From: an uncultured Acidobacteriota bacterium
Lineage (GTDB): Bacteria > Acidobacteriota > Vicinamibacteria > Fen-336
Length of the DNA: 64,000 nt
Assembly: GCA_963720545.1 (NCBI GenBank)
Contig: OY970399.1
Location: forward strand, 992,001-1,056,000
Direction of reading: 5' to 3'
The notes below the pieces were generated by a model, which was not told the origin of the DNA, did no database searches, and saw nothing but the letters and a program-made list of their open reading frames with translations. Both the position numbers and the translations under genes were made by a program. Of the stretch, positions 32,789 through 43,187 are shown one piece after another. How positions within the stretch are numbered: the stretch's first letter is position 1; every line of letters begins with the position of its first letter.

Positions 32789-33841
32789 GTGACGACGACG
32801 ATGGCGGCGCCCCCGGTGACGCGCGAATCGCTGGCCGCGGTGCCGTTTCAACGCCTGGCGGAAATCCTCGGCAGCAAGAGCCGCGCGCTCGCGACGCGCC
32901 GCTGGCTGTTCAGCGCCGAGACGCCGCAGACGCTGCCGGAAAGAATTCCCGGAGTTGCGCCGCAGCCTTGGGCGGCGCTTCGCCAGGAGATGGACCTGCC
33001 GCAATGGTCGATCGGCGCACGGCTCGCTGCCGACGACGGCACCGTCAAGTTCACGGTGCGCTTTCCGGGCGCGGCCGTGGAGACGGTGCTGATCCCGGCG
33101 CGCGGTCGCAGCACCGTGTGCCTCTCCAGCCAGTCGGGCTGCACCAGGAGCTGCCGCTTCTGCGCCACCGCCACGCTCGACTTCGACCGCAGCCTGACCG
33201 CGGGCGAGATCGTGATGCAGTACGCGCTGGCGCGCGCGGAGGCGCCGCCGGAGGCGCCGGCGCGCAACATCGTGTTCATGGGCATGGGCGAGCCCATGGA
33301 CAACCTCGATGCGGTGATGACCGCGATCGACCGCCTCTGCGAGGAAGGCGAGCCGCGGCTCGCGGCGGAGCACATCACCGTCTCCACGTCCGGCGTCGTC
33401 CCGGGCATGCGTCGCTTCCTCAAGGAGAGCCAGCGCGGCCACCTGGCGCTGTCGCTGAACGCGACGAACGACGCGCTGCGCACGCGCCTCATGCCGCACA
33501 ACCGCACCTGGCCCATCGCGCAGCTGCTCGAGGTGCTGCGCGACGACTACCGCGGCCTCTCGGGCCGCCGCTATTTCATCGAATACATCCTGTTCGACGG
33601 GATCAACGACAGCGATGCCGACGCGGCGGGGCTGGTCGCGCTGCTGCGCGGCTTGCCGACCCACGTCAACCTGATCCCGTTCAACACGTTTGCGGAATTG
33701 CCGTTCGCACCGTCGCCGCGCGAACGCGTGCTCGCGTTCCGCAGGATCGTCCACGACGGCGGCCTGCGCTGCCTCATTCGCCGTCCGCGGGGACGGGACG
33801 TGGCCGCCGCCTGCGGCCAGCTGGCCCGCACCGCGGGCTAA
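32789..33841 (+). CDS. rlmN: Radical SAM RNA methyltransferase, RlmN family
   Basis: [34 protein letters not shown] and AACGQL; may be a paralog rather than the housekeeping RlmN. Confidence 0.8.
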   Translation: MTTTMAAPPVTRESLAAVPFQRLAEILGSKSRALATRRWLFSAETPQTLPERIPGVAPQPWAALRQEMDLPQWSIGARLAADDGTVKFTVRFPGAAVETVLIPARGRSTVCLSSQSGCTRSCRFCATATLDFDRSLTAGEIVMQYALARAEAPPEAPARNIVFMGMGEPMDNLDAVMTAIDRLCEEGEPRLAAEHITVSTSGVVPGMRRFLKESQRGHLALSLNATNDALRTRLMPHNRTWPIAQLLEVLRDDYRGLSGRRYFIEYILFDGINDSDADAAGLVALLRGLPTHVNLIPFNTFAELPFAPSPRERVLAFRRIVHDGGLRCLIRRPRGRDVAAACGQLARTAG

Positions 33842-33851
33842 GGAGAACGCC

Positions 33852-34244
33852 ATGGAAAAAGTCGCGAAAAGCGAGACGGAATGGAAGGAGGAGCTGAGCG
33901 AGGAGCAGTACCGCGTGTTGCGCGAGAAGGGCACCGAGCGCGCGTTCACCGGCGAGTACTGGGACAAGCACGACAACGGCGCCTACCTGTGCGCCGGCTG
34001 CGGGGCGAAGCTCTTCGACTCGGAAGCGAAGTACGACTCGGGTACGGGATGGCCGAGCTTCTACAAGCCGGCAGCGCCCGACGCGGTCGCCGAGGAATCC
34101 GACGACAGCATGGGCATGCGACGCACCGAAGCGGTGTGCGCGCGCTGCGGCGGCCACCTCGGCCATGTCTTTCCCGACGGGCCGAACCCGACGGGCACGC
34201 GTTACTGCATGAACTCGGCGTCGCTCAAGTTCGAGAAGAAGTAA
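33852..34244 (+). CDS. msrB: Peptide-methionine (R)-S-oxide reductase
   Basis: [17 protein letters not shown], Cxx[16 protein letters not shown] and RYCMNS. Confidence 0.95.
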   Translation: MEKVAKSETEWKEELSEEQYRVLREKGTERAFTGEYWDKHDNGAYLCAGCGAKLFDSEAKYDSGTGWPSFYKPAAPDAVAEESDDSMGMRRTEAVCARCGGHLGHVFPDGPNPTGTRYCMNSASLKFEKK

Positions 34245-35962
34245 GCACGCACTTCAGACACGGTGCCGGCGGCGCTGCCGATCCGCAGCGCCGCAACCGT
34301 GGCGGGCGGCGACACGGCCCACGACTGGCCAAGCGGCGCGCCGGGTCGCAGCCGCGAGAGCCGGCCCGGACGCAGCGGCCAGACCGCGAGGGGCGTGAAA
34401 TCCGTTTTGCCGGGCAAAAGCGCTTCGATCGTCATCGAACGCAGCGCCGCGGCCTCGGCATCCACCTCGATGCGGGTCACCGTGAACGGCGCATCGCTGG
34501 CCGACTGCCAGACGCCGCCCGCTGCGTCCCGCAGCCAGCGGAGCGGCTGCTGCCGCAGCCGCCCGGGGCGCGGCCGTGCGACGACCAGCGGCTGCTCCTC
34601 GTCCACGCCGCCGAAGCGCGCCACCACCGGCCAGTCGCCCGCGTCTTCGGGCGGCACCACCAGCAGTTGGTATTGCGACAGCACGTCGCGTGGCGTGCCG
34701 CGGCCCGCGGCACGCACCTCGAACCGCTCGCTGTCGAGCCGCAGCCGCGGCAGCGTCGTGCCGACGAGGGGCGGCGCGTCCTCGAGCGCTTCGACGTAGG
34801 CGGCAGCGGCATCGATTGCGGGCGTGCGCGCGTAGCGCACCGCGAGGCGCACGCCATCGACCGCGGGCTGCGCGAGCACCAACGCGGCGAGGCCGGCGGC
34901 AGCAGCCTTGCTCCGCAGCGCCGGCACCAGGCGCATTGCCGCCGCGACCCCGAGTGCGGCGAGTACCGAGCAAGTTGCGCTCACGCTCAGCACGTGGCGC
35001 GGATAGACGAGCTTCGCCGGGGCCATCGCTGCAAAGCCTCCGGCGGCGATGGCGATTGCGGGAAGGGCGGCGCGCCACGGTCGGTGCAGGAGCGCCCCGG
35101 CAAGCGCAGACGCGATGCCCGCGGCACCGAGGTTCACGTACAAAAGCCATGAGACGCCGGCCATGGAACCGCTCGACACCGCGCCCGCGCGATTGGACGC
35201 GTGGCCGGAGCCGAAGTAGTCGGCGAGCGCGCGCGTGAAGCCGCCGCCGATGGCGTCGGAACCGCCCATATGGAGGACGGCAAAGGGCGCAGCCAGGAAA
35301 AAGACGACGGCCGCGGCTGCTGCCGCAACCACGAAGCGGCGCCAGCGCTTCGGGCCGGGCAGCAGTGCCACCGCAACGCCGGGCGCGAGGAACAAGCCCG
35401 TGTACTTCACTGCCAGCGTGCCGCCCAGCAGCGCACCGAGCGACGCGGCGAACCGCGTGCCCGGGCCCGGTGGCGCATCGCCTCGGCGCGCAGCCAGGAG
35501 CAGCACGCCCAGTGCGGCAGCGGCCACGAGCGTGTCCGGCGTGATGTAGTGCGCCGCGCGAATCTCGCCGCGGCTCAGCGCCAGGAGTGCCGCCGCCAGC
35601 AAGCCGGCATAAGCACCCGCAAGCCTGCCGACCAGCGCATAGGCAAGCCATACGGAAAGCACGGACGCGGCGGCCGTGAGCGCGCGTCCCGCCACGAAGG
35701 CGCCCACCTCTCCGCCCCACTTCTGCCCCGCACCGATCGGCAGGAACGCCAGCCAGTTGAAGAAGCCGGGATACCCCGTGTAGACGGTGGGGTCGAGCGT
35801 CGGCTGCGACCACATGCGCAGCACCGGCTCGACGAAATTATTGGCCTCGTCGAAGTCGGCGCCGGCGCGACGCAGGTGATGGTCGATGCCGACGAAGCGC
35901 GACCAGGCCGCGAACAGGAGGATCGCGGCAAGCGCGAAACGGCCGGAGCGCGCCAGCGTCAC
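34202..35962 (-). CDS. Membrane glycosyltransferase (GT39/ArnT-like, GT-C fold)
   Basis: GTG overlapping the kinase stop; first TM followed by DFDE loop; many TMs; AVKYTG. Confidence 0.6.
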   Translation of the reverse strand: MTLARSGRFALAAILLFAAWSRFVGIDHHLRRAGADFDEANNFVEPVLRMWSQPTLDPTVYTGYPGFFNWLAFLPIGAGQKWGGEVGAFVAGRALTAAASVLSVWLAYALVGRLAGAYAGLLAAALLALSRGEIRAAHYITPDTLVAAAALGVLLLAARRGDAPPGPGTRFAASLGALLGGTLAVKYTGLFLAPGVAVALLPGPKRWRRFVVAAAAAAVVFFLAAPFAVLHMGGSDAIGGGFTRALADYFGSGHASNRAGAVSSGSMAGVSWLLYVNLGAAGIASALAGALLHRPWRAALPAIAIAAGGFAAMAPAKLVYPRHVLSVSATCSVLAALGVAAAMRLVPALRSKAAAAGLAALVLAQPAVDGVRLAVRYARTPAIDAAAAYVEALEDAPPLVGTTLPRLRLDSERFEVRAAGRGTPRDVLSQYQLLVVPPEDAGDWPVVARFGGVDEEQPLVVARPRPGRLRQQPLRWLRDAAGGVWQSASDAPFTVTRIEVDAEAAALRSMTIEALLPGKTDFTPLAVWPLRPGRLSRLRPGAPLGQSWAVSPPATVAALRIGSAAGTVSEVRAYFFSNLSDAEFMQ

Positions 35963-38763
35963 TTCCGCCCGAGCACGATCACGGGCGACTTGTAGAGCGG
36001 GCTCTCGCCGGTGCCGGAACGCTCGATGGCAAGCACGCGGTCGCGCGCGTGGTCGATGCAAAAACGCGCCGCGGCGGAGGCGACGAAGAGCCGCTCGCTC
36101 CCTGGCGGCGCGGCATTCTCGGTGCCCCAGAGCGGCACCGAGGGCAACGCCGCGAGGGTGCCGCCGCGTTCCTCGACCTGCACGACGCGCATCCGGCTCG
36201 GCCCGGTGTGCCAGAAGACCACCTTGCCGTTGCCGTTCCATTCCGGAACGCGCCCGCCGCCTTCCGAGGCACGCGCCTTCGGCATCGCGGCCAGCAGCGG
36301 CCGCACGTAGATCTGGAACACGGAGTCCAGTTCGTCCGACTCGAAGGCGATGAGGCGTCCATCGGGCGAGATGCTCGCGGACGCCTCGTCGAAGCGGCTC
36401 GCGGAAATGTCCGCGGGGGCTCCGCTGGTGCGGCCCGACGCGTCGAGGCCGAGGAGCCGCAGGTCCCAGCTCGTTTCCAGCCGCTTCTCCTGGAAGACGA
36501 GATAGCGGCCGTCGGGCGTGAAGGCATCCGGATACACACGGTTCTCGCTCTCGTAGAGCGTTAGCGGTTCGCCGCTGCCATCCGCCGCCAGCGACAGGAT
36601 CCGCCACTTGCCGTCCTTCGCCACACTCACCGCGATCCTCTGGCCGTCCGGCGAATACGCCGGCCGGTGCGGGGCGAGGCCGAAGGAGATGCGCGACAGG
36701 TTGCTGCCGTCGTCGTCGAGGGTCCAGAGGTCGGAGTCGGTGGAGCTGCCGATGACCACGGCGATCTTGCGGCCGTCCGGACGCAGGCTCGGATCGCGGA
36801 ACGGCCGCGGCGTGTCCACCACGCGCCGCATGACGCCGGCGCGGTCGATCCACATGAGGTAGTAGTCGCCGGGAACCACCGCACCCGGCCCGTACACCAT
36901 GGCGCCGGAGCGTGACACCGCGAGGTGCGTGCCACCGTTGCGCGAGTCGTAGCGCACCGCGTCCACCACCATCTCCGGCTCGCCGCTCGCCTGCATCTTC
37001 TGCAGGTCGAACGCGACGCCCTGCAGGCGTCCCTCGCGCACGAACAGCAGGCGCCCCGCGGCGTAGCGCGCGAAGCCGGCGTTGGGCAGCAGCTGCCGGC
37101 GCTCATGCGTGCGCAGCGAAACCGCCTCGATGCGGCCTTCGTCGAACGCCGCGTCCTCGAAGCCGACGGTGAACAGCACCCATTCGCCGCCGGGCAGCGC
37201 CATCGGCCAGCGATGCGAATACTCGCCGTGGGCGGTGTCGAGCGTCGTCAGCGCCTCGAGCTTGCCGCCCTGGTCGGCAAGCCGCATGAGCCCGGAGCTT
37301 TGGGACGGCGCGACCACGATGGTGCCGTCTTCCGCCCACGTGCCGCCGCGCGGGTTGCCGCCCACCTCGACGAGCGGCAGCACCACGCTGCCGTCGGTCG
37401 AGGCTCGCGACAGCCTGCGGTTCGCGAAGAAGCCGATCGCGCGGCCGTCCGGCGAAAAGAACGGCTGCACAGCGTCCTCGGTTCCCGGCAGACGCCGCAG
37501 CTCGGTGCTGTCGAGGCTGCGCACCTGCAGCATCGTTGCATCGCCGTGGCGCGTCTGCAGCACCAGCGTCGTACCCGCCGGGTCGATGTCGAAGGGGCTC
37601 GCCCAGCCGTCGCCGAGGGGGCTGTCCGGCGGCAGCTCGAGGCTCAACCGCAGCGGGCTGCCAGGCGCGGCGGGCGGCGTCCGGCGCGCCGCGAGCGCTG
37701 CGAGCGCCGCGAGCGCCGTCGCGGCCGCGATGGCAGCGATGCCCCACGGCAGCACCCGCCGCCAGGGCGGCGGCACGGCGGCCGGCGCCCCACCGTGGGT
37801 CTCGCTGTCGGCTTCGGTCAGCTCGAGGCGCGCGTCGCCGACGTGCTGCAGGCGCTCCGCGGCGTCCTTGCGCAGGCAGCGGCGCAGCAAACGGTGGATG
37901 GCGGGGGGCGTCGCTGGCGGCAGTGCGCTCCAGTCGGGCTCGTCGCGCAGCACCGCGGCCAGCACCTCGCCCATGGAGCGGCCGCGGTAGACCGGCCGGC
38001 CCGCGAGCATCTCGAACACCAGGCAGCCAAACGACCAGACGTCGGTGCGCGCGTCCACTTCCTCGCCGTGGATCTGCTCCGGGCTCATGTAGGCCGCGGT
38101 ACCGATCACCGCGCCGGCGGCGGTGATGGGGTCGTCGGCCACGGGGCTCGGCGTGCGCGGGTCGGGCGGCGGCGCCGACTTCGCGAGACCGAAGTCGACG
38201 AGCTTGGCGCGTCCGCCGATCGACAGCATGACGTTCGACGGCTTGAGGTCGCGGTGAATGACGCCCTTCGAATGCGCCTCTTCGAGGCCGCGCGCCACCT
38301 GCACGGCGATCGCCTGCGTTTCGCGCAGGCTCAGCGCACCGCGCCGCAGGCGCTCGGCGAGCGATTCACCGTCGACATGCTCGAGGATGAGGTACGGCGC
38401 GCCGTCGTGGCGCTCGAAGCCGTAGATCGAGGCGATGTTCGGGTGGCTGAGCGCCGCCAGCACCCGCGCTTCGCGCTCCAGCCGCCGCAGGTTCGCGGAG
38501 TCGGCGCGAAACGCGTAAGCGAGCGCCTTGATCGCGACTTCCCTCCCGAGCGTCTCGTCACGCGCCCGGTACACCCGCCCCATGCCGCCGGCGCCGAGCA
38601 GGTGCAGCACCTCGTAGCGACCCAGTTGGCGCCCTGGCGTGAGCGGCGCGCCGTCCGGCGGTTCGTTCTGCGCCGCGACAATGGCCGCGGCGTCGCCGGC
38701 GCTGACGCCGCGAGTGGCGTCCAACGCATCGCGGGTCTGGTCCTTGTCCTGCTCCGGCTCCAT
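35959..38763 (-). CDS. Eukaryotic-like Ser/Thr kinase with TolB/PD40-like beta-propeller
   Basis: GAGGMGRVY, VAIK, HRDLKPSN, DFG and YMSPEQ; TM; repeated SPDG motifs. Confidence 0.9.
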   Translation of the reverse strand: MEPEQDKDQTRDALDATRGVSAGDAAAIVAAQNEPPDGAPLTPGRQLGRYEVLHLLGAGGMGRVYRARDETLGREVAIKALAYAFRADSANLRRLEREARVLAALSHPNIASIYGFERHDGAPYLILEHVDGESLAERLRRGALSLRETQAIAVQVARGLEEAHSKGVIHRDLKPSNVMLSIGGRAKLVDFGLAKSAPPPDPRTPSPVADDPITAAGAVIGTAAYMSPEQIHGEEVDARTDVWSFGCLVFEMLAGRPVYRGRSMGEVLAAVLRDEPDWSALPPATPPAIHRLLRRCLRKDAAERLQHVGDARLELTEADSETHGGAPAAVPPPWRRVLPWGIAAIAAATALAALAALAARRTPPAAPGSPLRLSLELPPDSPLGDGWASPFDIDPAGTTLVLQTRHGDATMLQVRSLDSTELRRLPGTEDAVQPFFSPDGRAIGFFANRRLSRASTDGSVVLPLVEVGGNPRGGTWAEDGTIVVAPSQSSGLMRLADQGGKLEALTTLDTAHGEYSHRWPMALPGGEWVLFTVGFEDAAFDEGRIEAVSLRTHERRQLLPNAGFARYAAGRLLFVREGRLQGVAFDLQKMQASGEPEMVVDAVRYDSRNGGTHLAVSRSGAMVYGPGAVVPGDYYLMWIDRAGVMRRVVDTPRPFRDPSLRPDGRKIAVVIGSSTDSDLWTLDDDGSNLSRISFGLAPHRPAYSPDGQRIAVSVAKDGKWRILSLAADGSGEPLTLYESENRVYPDAFTPDGRYLVFQEKRLETSWDLRLLGLDASGRTSGAPADISASRFDEASASISPDGRLIAFESDELDSVFQIYVRPLLAAMPKARASEGGGRVPEWNGNGKVVFWHTGPSRMRVVQVEERGGTLAALPSVPLWGTENAAPPGSERLFVASAAARFCIDHARDRVLAIERSGTGESPLYKSPVIVLGRK

Positions 38764-38776
38764 GCCGCGCGTTCCG

Positions 38777-40087
38777 TTACGCCCGCGCTTCGGCAGCCAG
38801 GGTGCGCAGCGCTGCCGCGAGCCGTGCGGCGTCGTCGGGCGTGTTGTAGAGCGCGGGGGTGACGCGCACGCAGTCGCCGCGCTCGATGCCGGTGCGGCGG
38901 ACGGTGAACAGAGAGTAGCGGGTGCGCAGGTCGGCGGTGGTGCGCAGCGTGTCTTCCTTCGAGACGCGGCCGGCGAGGCGGAACGAGGTGATGGCGGCGC
39001 ACATCCCCGGCTCATCCGGGGTGAGGATCTCGATGCCGGGCAGGCCGCGAACCGCGTTCACCCACAGGTCGCGCAGGTGGCGCACTCGCGCCGCCTTCGC
39101 CGCGGGCCCGACCGCTTCGTGGAAATCGAGCGCCGCCGGAACGCTCAGCATGGTCGCGAAGTTGGCGGTGCCCGAATGCACCCGGCTGGTGATGCTGTCA
39201 GCCGGCTCGTCCTCGTCGCCCATCATGCGGTCGATGTCTGCCAGGCGCGCGCGGCGGACAAACAGGACGCCGACACCGACAGGAGCGCCGATCCACTTGT
39301 GCAGGTTGAAGCCGGCGAAGTCGACGCCGAGGTCCCCCACCTTGATGTCCACCTGGCCGAACGAGTGGGCGGCATCCGTGATGGTGTCGGCGCCGCGTGC
39401 GCGGGCCAAAGCCGCGATCTGCGCCACAGGCGTCATCAGGCCGGTCTTGTTGTTGACGTGCGTCGTCAGCACCAGCCTGGTGCCGGGATTTGCATCGAGC
39501 GCCGCTTCGTAGGCTCCGAGCACGTTGGCGCGCGAGGCTGGCTCCGGAATCACGAAGCGCACCGGCTTCGCGCCGCGGCGGTCGGCGAGCCACTTCATCG
39601 CCGACTGCATCCCGGGATAGTCGAGGTCGGCGTAGAGGACGGTGTCGCCCGGCCGCAGCCTGTTGTAGCCGCCGATCAGGCACTGCATCGCCTCGGTCGC
39701 GCCGCGGGTGAACGCGATCTCCTCGACGTCCGCACCGAGCGCTTTGGCTGCGCGTGCGCGCACCGCCCTCATGTCGTCGAGATAGGCGCCGCGCGCGTAG
39801 AACGAGCTTTCGCGATTGACGCGCTCCGTCTGGCGGAAGAACTCGCGCATCACCGGCGCCGCCATCATCCCCCAGAACCCGGCCTCGAGGTTCGTGACCT
39901 GCGGCGAAACCACGTAGTGCGCCGCGACGCGCCGCCAGTACGCTTCATCGCGAGCAATCACCTCGGCCGCACCCTCGGGCCGCGCGAGCGCCGGAAGCTC
40001 TTCGCCCTCGCGCGAGGCGTGTACGGGTGCAGCCAGCGCCATGCCGGCAAACCCTGCAGAGCCGAGAAAGCCACGGCGGGAGTTCAC
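38777..40087 (-). CDS. Aminotransferase class V (isopenicillin N epimerase/cysteine desulfurase-like) with Tat signal
   Basis: MNSRRGFL twin-arginine leader; TRGATEA, DAAHSFG and NLHKW. Confidence 0.85.
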   Translation of the reverse strand: MNSRRGFLGSAGFAGMALAAPVHASREGEELPALARPEGAAEVIARDEAYWRRVAAHYVVSPQVTNLEAGFWGMMAAPVMREFFRQTERVNRESSFYARGAYLDDMRAVRARAAKALGADVEEIAFTRGATEAMQCLIGGYNRLRPGDTVLYADLDYPGMQSAMKWLADRRGAKPVRFVIPEPASRANVLGAYEAALDANPGTRLVLTTHVNNKTGLMTPVAQIAALARARGADTITDAAHSFGQVDIKVGDLGVDFAGFNLHKWIGAPVGVGVLFVRRARLADIDRMMGDEDEPADSITSRVHSGTANFATMLSVPAALDFHEAVGPAAKAARVRHLRDLWVNAVRGLPGIEILTPDEPGMCAAITSFRLAGRVSKEDTLRTTADLRTRYSLFTVRRTGIERGDCVRVTPALYNTPDDAARLAAALRTLAAEARA

Positions 40088-40129
40088 GTTCGCAGTTTAG
40101 CGTCTGAGGTTGTTACGGGGACCGACTGC

Positions 40130-40149
40130 CACTGTGTCCGGACACAGTG
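40130..40149. promoter_or_regulatory. Perfect 20-bp palindrome CACTGTGTCCGGACACAGTG
   Basis: Exactly self-complementary; 43 nt upstream of the class V aminotransferase start. Function is inferred. Confidence 0.5.
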
Positions 40150-40191
40150 ACTCTGTGACTGGAGGACGCAGTCCGGGCTCAAAAAAACCGC

Positions 40192-40448
40192 TGGCGCAAG
40201 CGCCTGAGGAAGCAACAACAAACCGTTGTCGCAAGCGACTGGGTAACGAACAACGATCCATTGTCGCAAGCGCTTGGAAAACGGAAGGAAAGGAAATCGA
40301 CGAATTGGGCAGGGACAGCCGGCCAATTCGTCGATAGCGGGCAAGCGCCTGGGTAACGAACAACGACCCATTGTCGCAAGCGCTTGGAAAACGGAAGGAA
40401 AGGAAATCGACGAATTGGGCAGGGACAGCCAGCCAATTCGTCGATGAC
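40192..40448 (-). repeat. Modular intergenic repeat locus 3, with a 110-bp-period tandem duplication
   Basis: Two ATCGACGAATTGG-N14-CCAATTCGTCGAT hairpins (40296-40335, 40406-40445); five GCAAGCG(C/A)(C/T)TG boxes. Confidence 0.92.
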
Positions 40449-42000
40449 TACCGCCTTCGCAACCTGCCTTCCGGATCTCGCGGGGCGACCCGGAGCGTCT
40501 CCGAATAGCCGATGACGACGCGGCCGGGGGAGCCTTTTACCGAGCGCAAGTGCTTGCGGCGGGTGGTGTGGACGTCCACGGCGCCGTCGTCTTTCGCGTC
40601 GCTCAGGAAAGCGGCGACTTCGGCGGCCTCGCGCTGGTCGTCGGCGGTGGCGCGGCCTTCGTTGTCCACCAGGATCACGTGCGCGCCCGGGCGATCGCGG
40701 ACGTGGAACCACAAGTCGTCCGGCCTTGCCTTGCCGAACGTCAGCTCGTGGTTTTCGCGGGCGCCGCGGCCGGCCCACAACGTGAGCCCCCGGGTCGTGA
40801 GATAGCGCAGCGGGCCTTTGGCTGCGGCGGCCGCGTGGCGCTTGCCCGCTGGCGTCTCGCTGCCGCCGGCGATGCGCTGCAGGTCGGCGATGCTGCGCGC
40901 GTTTTCCAGGGCCTGGCCGCGACGCGCGAGCGCCTCGCGGGCGGCCTCGGTGTCGGCGAGGCGCTGCACGAGCGCCGCGCGCGCCTTCGCCAGGCGGCGG
41001 GCGCGCTCGTACAGACGGTCGGCGGTGCCGCGCGGGCCGAGCGCCGGATCGATCGGGATGCGCAGGACGGTCTGCGGCTCGTAGGGATCGGGCACGGCGG
41101 CAACGCCGTCTTTCCCCGGCACGGCGCTCGGCGCCGCGAGCAGCGCTTCGGCGGTGCGCCGCAGCGCATCGGCGCCCTCCACCTTCGCGAGGTCCTGCGT
41201 CAGATGCTTCTGCAATGTTGTCTTGCGGCGCTGGTCGCGCGTAATGGCGTCCCTCAGCGAGCGGCGCTGCGCAGCGAACCGCTCGCCGCGCTGCCGCAGG
41301 CGAAATGCGGCCGCGGTCGCTTCGAGCCACGAGGTGAAAGCGGTTGCGACGCGGCCCGCGCCTGCCGGCGTCTCGCCGGCCGTGGCAACCGTCACCGGAC
41401 TCTCGGCGGCGTCACGGTCGTCGAGTTCGGCAAACGGCCTGGCTGCGACAAGCATCGGCGACTCGGCTGGGTCGCGCGACGCCTCGGGAGAGATCCCTCG
41501 ATCGCCGCGCGAAGCGATGGACTCCTCGGGAAAACGGGGCACCGGCCATGCCGCGTCCTGCCCGATCGAGGCGAGCACCTCCTCGCCGACCACGAGGCTC
41601 AGCGCCGGCCGCTGGTCCATGCGCAGCGCAATCCGCACGCTCCCCGCGGAGATGACCACAAACGGCTCGCCGGGAACGGCGTCGACGGCGTGGATTCGCG
41701 GGCCGGCGGCGTGCTTGCGGAAGAGCAGGAGAGCCTGGCGTGCCGTGCCGGGCACGGTTGCGTCATCGGCATCGTCGTCTCGCGGCGCTTGCGGCAGGTC
41801 CGCACGTTCCAGCAACGTCAGCACCGGGTGCCGGCGGTGGGCGCCAAGGAGCAGCCAGCGTCCGCGCGAACCCGTGATCTCGAATGCGATTGCGGCGGGG
41901 CCCACGAGCCGCGGGCGGTCCAGGCTGTGGCCGAGCAGCAACGGGCGAAGCTCGGCGATCAGGCCGCCGAGAGGCGCCGTGGCCCGCGGCGTGGGCGGCC
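40448..42000 (-). CDS. NFACT/FbpA (RqcH/Rqc2-like) family protein; start codon uncertain
   Basis: Coiled-coil middle (IPIDP...ADRLYERARR) and NFACT-R C-terminus GRGARENHELT...DLWFHVRDRPGAHV. Confidence 0.75.
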
Positions 42001-42002
42001 GC

Positions 42003-42953
42003 CTACTGTCGGACGACGCGGGTGCGGAAAATGCGGTCGTGGAAGGAGCGGCCGGCGGGATCGAACGCCGCCGGCACCACACCGGCGCCGCACAGCGCCA
42101 CACCGGCAGCGCCGAGGGCAGAGCGGCCGAGGGCGCGCACGAAGCCCGGCGCCTTCCCCGACTCGTCCACCACGCGCAGGCCCTGGATCATCTTGCCCGG
42201 CGTCTGGCCGTTGGTGCCCGTGAAGTAGCCTGTGTAGAAGGCGGCGAGCAGGAGCGCGAAGCCCACGAACCACGGGCCGGAAGCGCCCATCTCGATGCCG
42301 ACGGGCGCCATACGGCTCGTGAAGTAGGCGACGACGGCGATCATGCCGGCGACGATGCCAGCATCGACGAGGCCGGCGCTGACTCTCTCGATCCAGCGGG
42401 CGTGGCGCTCGAGCGGACCGGTCGGCACCCCGGAGGCTTCCGAATCCGATTCCGCTTCGACGGCTGGCGCCAGCGAGAACGCAGCGACCGTGTCCATGCC
42501 GGAGAGCGGTTCAGTGCGATCGAATTCGGCCGGGTCGATGGCATCGATGGCGGCGCGAACGTCCGCGGTCGAAACCTGGTCGGCGGCGGCGCGGCCGATT
42601 GCGACAGCTCCCGACGGCCGCATCGGCCAGACACGGGTTGGCACCGGTGTTTCGTCGGGCGGCTCGGCCAAGGCAGTGGCTGCGGCATCGGCAAGCGCGG
42701 GTTCGGGGGCCGCCACGTACAGCGGGAGGTCGGGGGCGGCCAGCGGTTCGTCGCCCTTCCCGTCGGCCCGCGGCTCCTCGACGAGCGACAAGCCGGTGAA
42801 CAAGGGCAGGTCGGCGCCCCCGGCCGCGAGCTTCTTGTTGCGGCGGACCCGCATCCGTTCCCGAATCTCCTGCTGCCAGGCAGTCTCACGATTGGGACGC
42901 AAGAGCAGCGGGTCGATGCGTTCCTGCTGCGGCGCCGCGGCCTTGTTTCGCAT
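42003..42953 (-). CDS. RDD family membrane protein
   Basis: RVSAGLVD...GQTPGKMIQGLRVV...RSFHDRIFRTRVV; acidic Ala/Pro-rich N-terminus. Confidence 0.8.
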   Translation of the reverse strand: MRNKAAAPQQERIDPLLLRPNRETAWQQEIRERMRVRRNKKLAAGGADLPLFTGLSLVEEPRADGKGDEPLAAPDLPLYVAAPEPALADAAATALAEPPDETPVPTRVWPMRPSGAVAIGRAAADQVSTADVRAAIDAIDPAEFDRTEPLSGMDTVAAFSLAPAVEAESDSEASGVPTGPLERHARWIERVSAGLVDAGIVAGMIAVVAYFTSRMAPVGIEMGASGPWFVGFALLLAAFYTGYFTGTNGQTPGKMIQGLRVVDESGKAPGFVRALGRSALGAAGVALCGAGVVPAAFDPAGRSFHDRIFRTRVVRQ

Positions 42954-43187
42954 CTGTTTCAGCGGCTCCCTGACGGGGTCGAGGTCAGTTTGTGCACCAG
43001 GTCGTCGCGGCGGCTCGCAAAAGTTGCCGCAGCGCTCATCACGACGAGGATGCAGGTGATGAGGAAAAGACGGCGGTAGAAGGGGGAAGACTCCGCGATT
43101 TCGGGCAGGCCCTGAACCTCTTGCAAAACGTGAGAATTATTGCCCGAACCTATGACCAATGCAAGAGAAAAGTGTTAGCGTCCGGCC

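Noticed and set aside
40192..40448. CRISPR array interpretation of the repeat loci (also 5558-5690)
   Set aside because: Repeats are only about 17 nt and degenerate; spacers are short, low-complexity and partly duplicated; no cas genes or leader are present.
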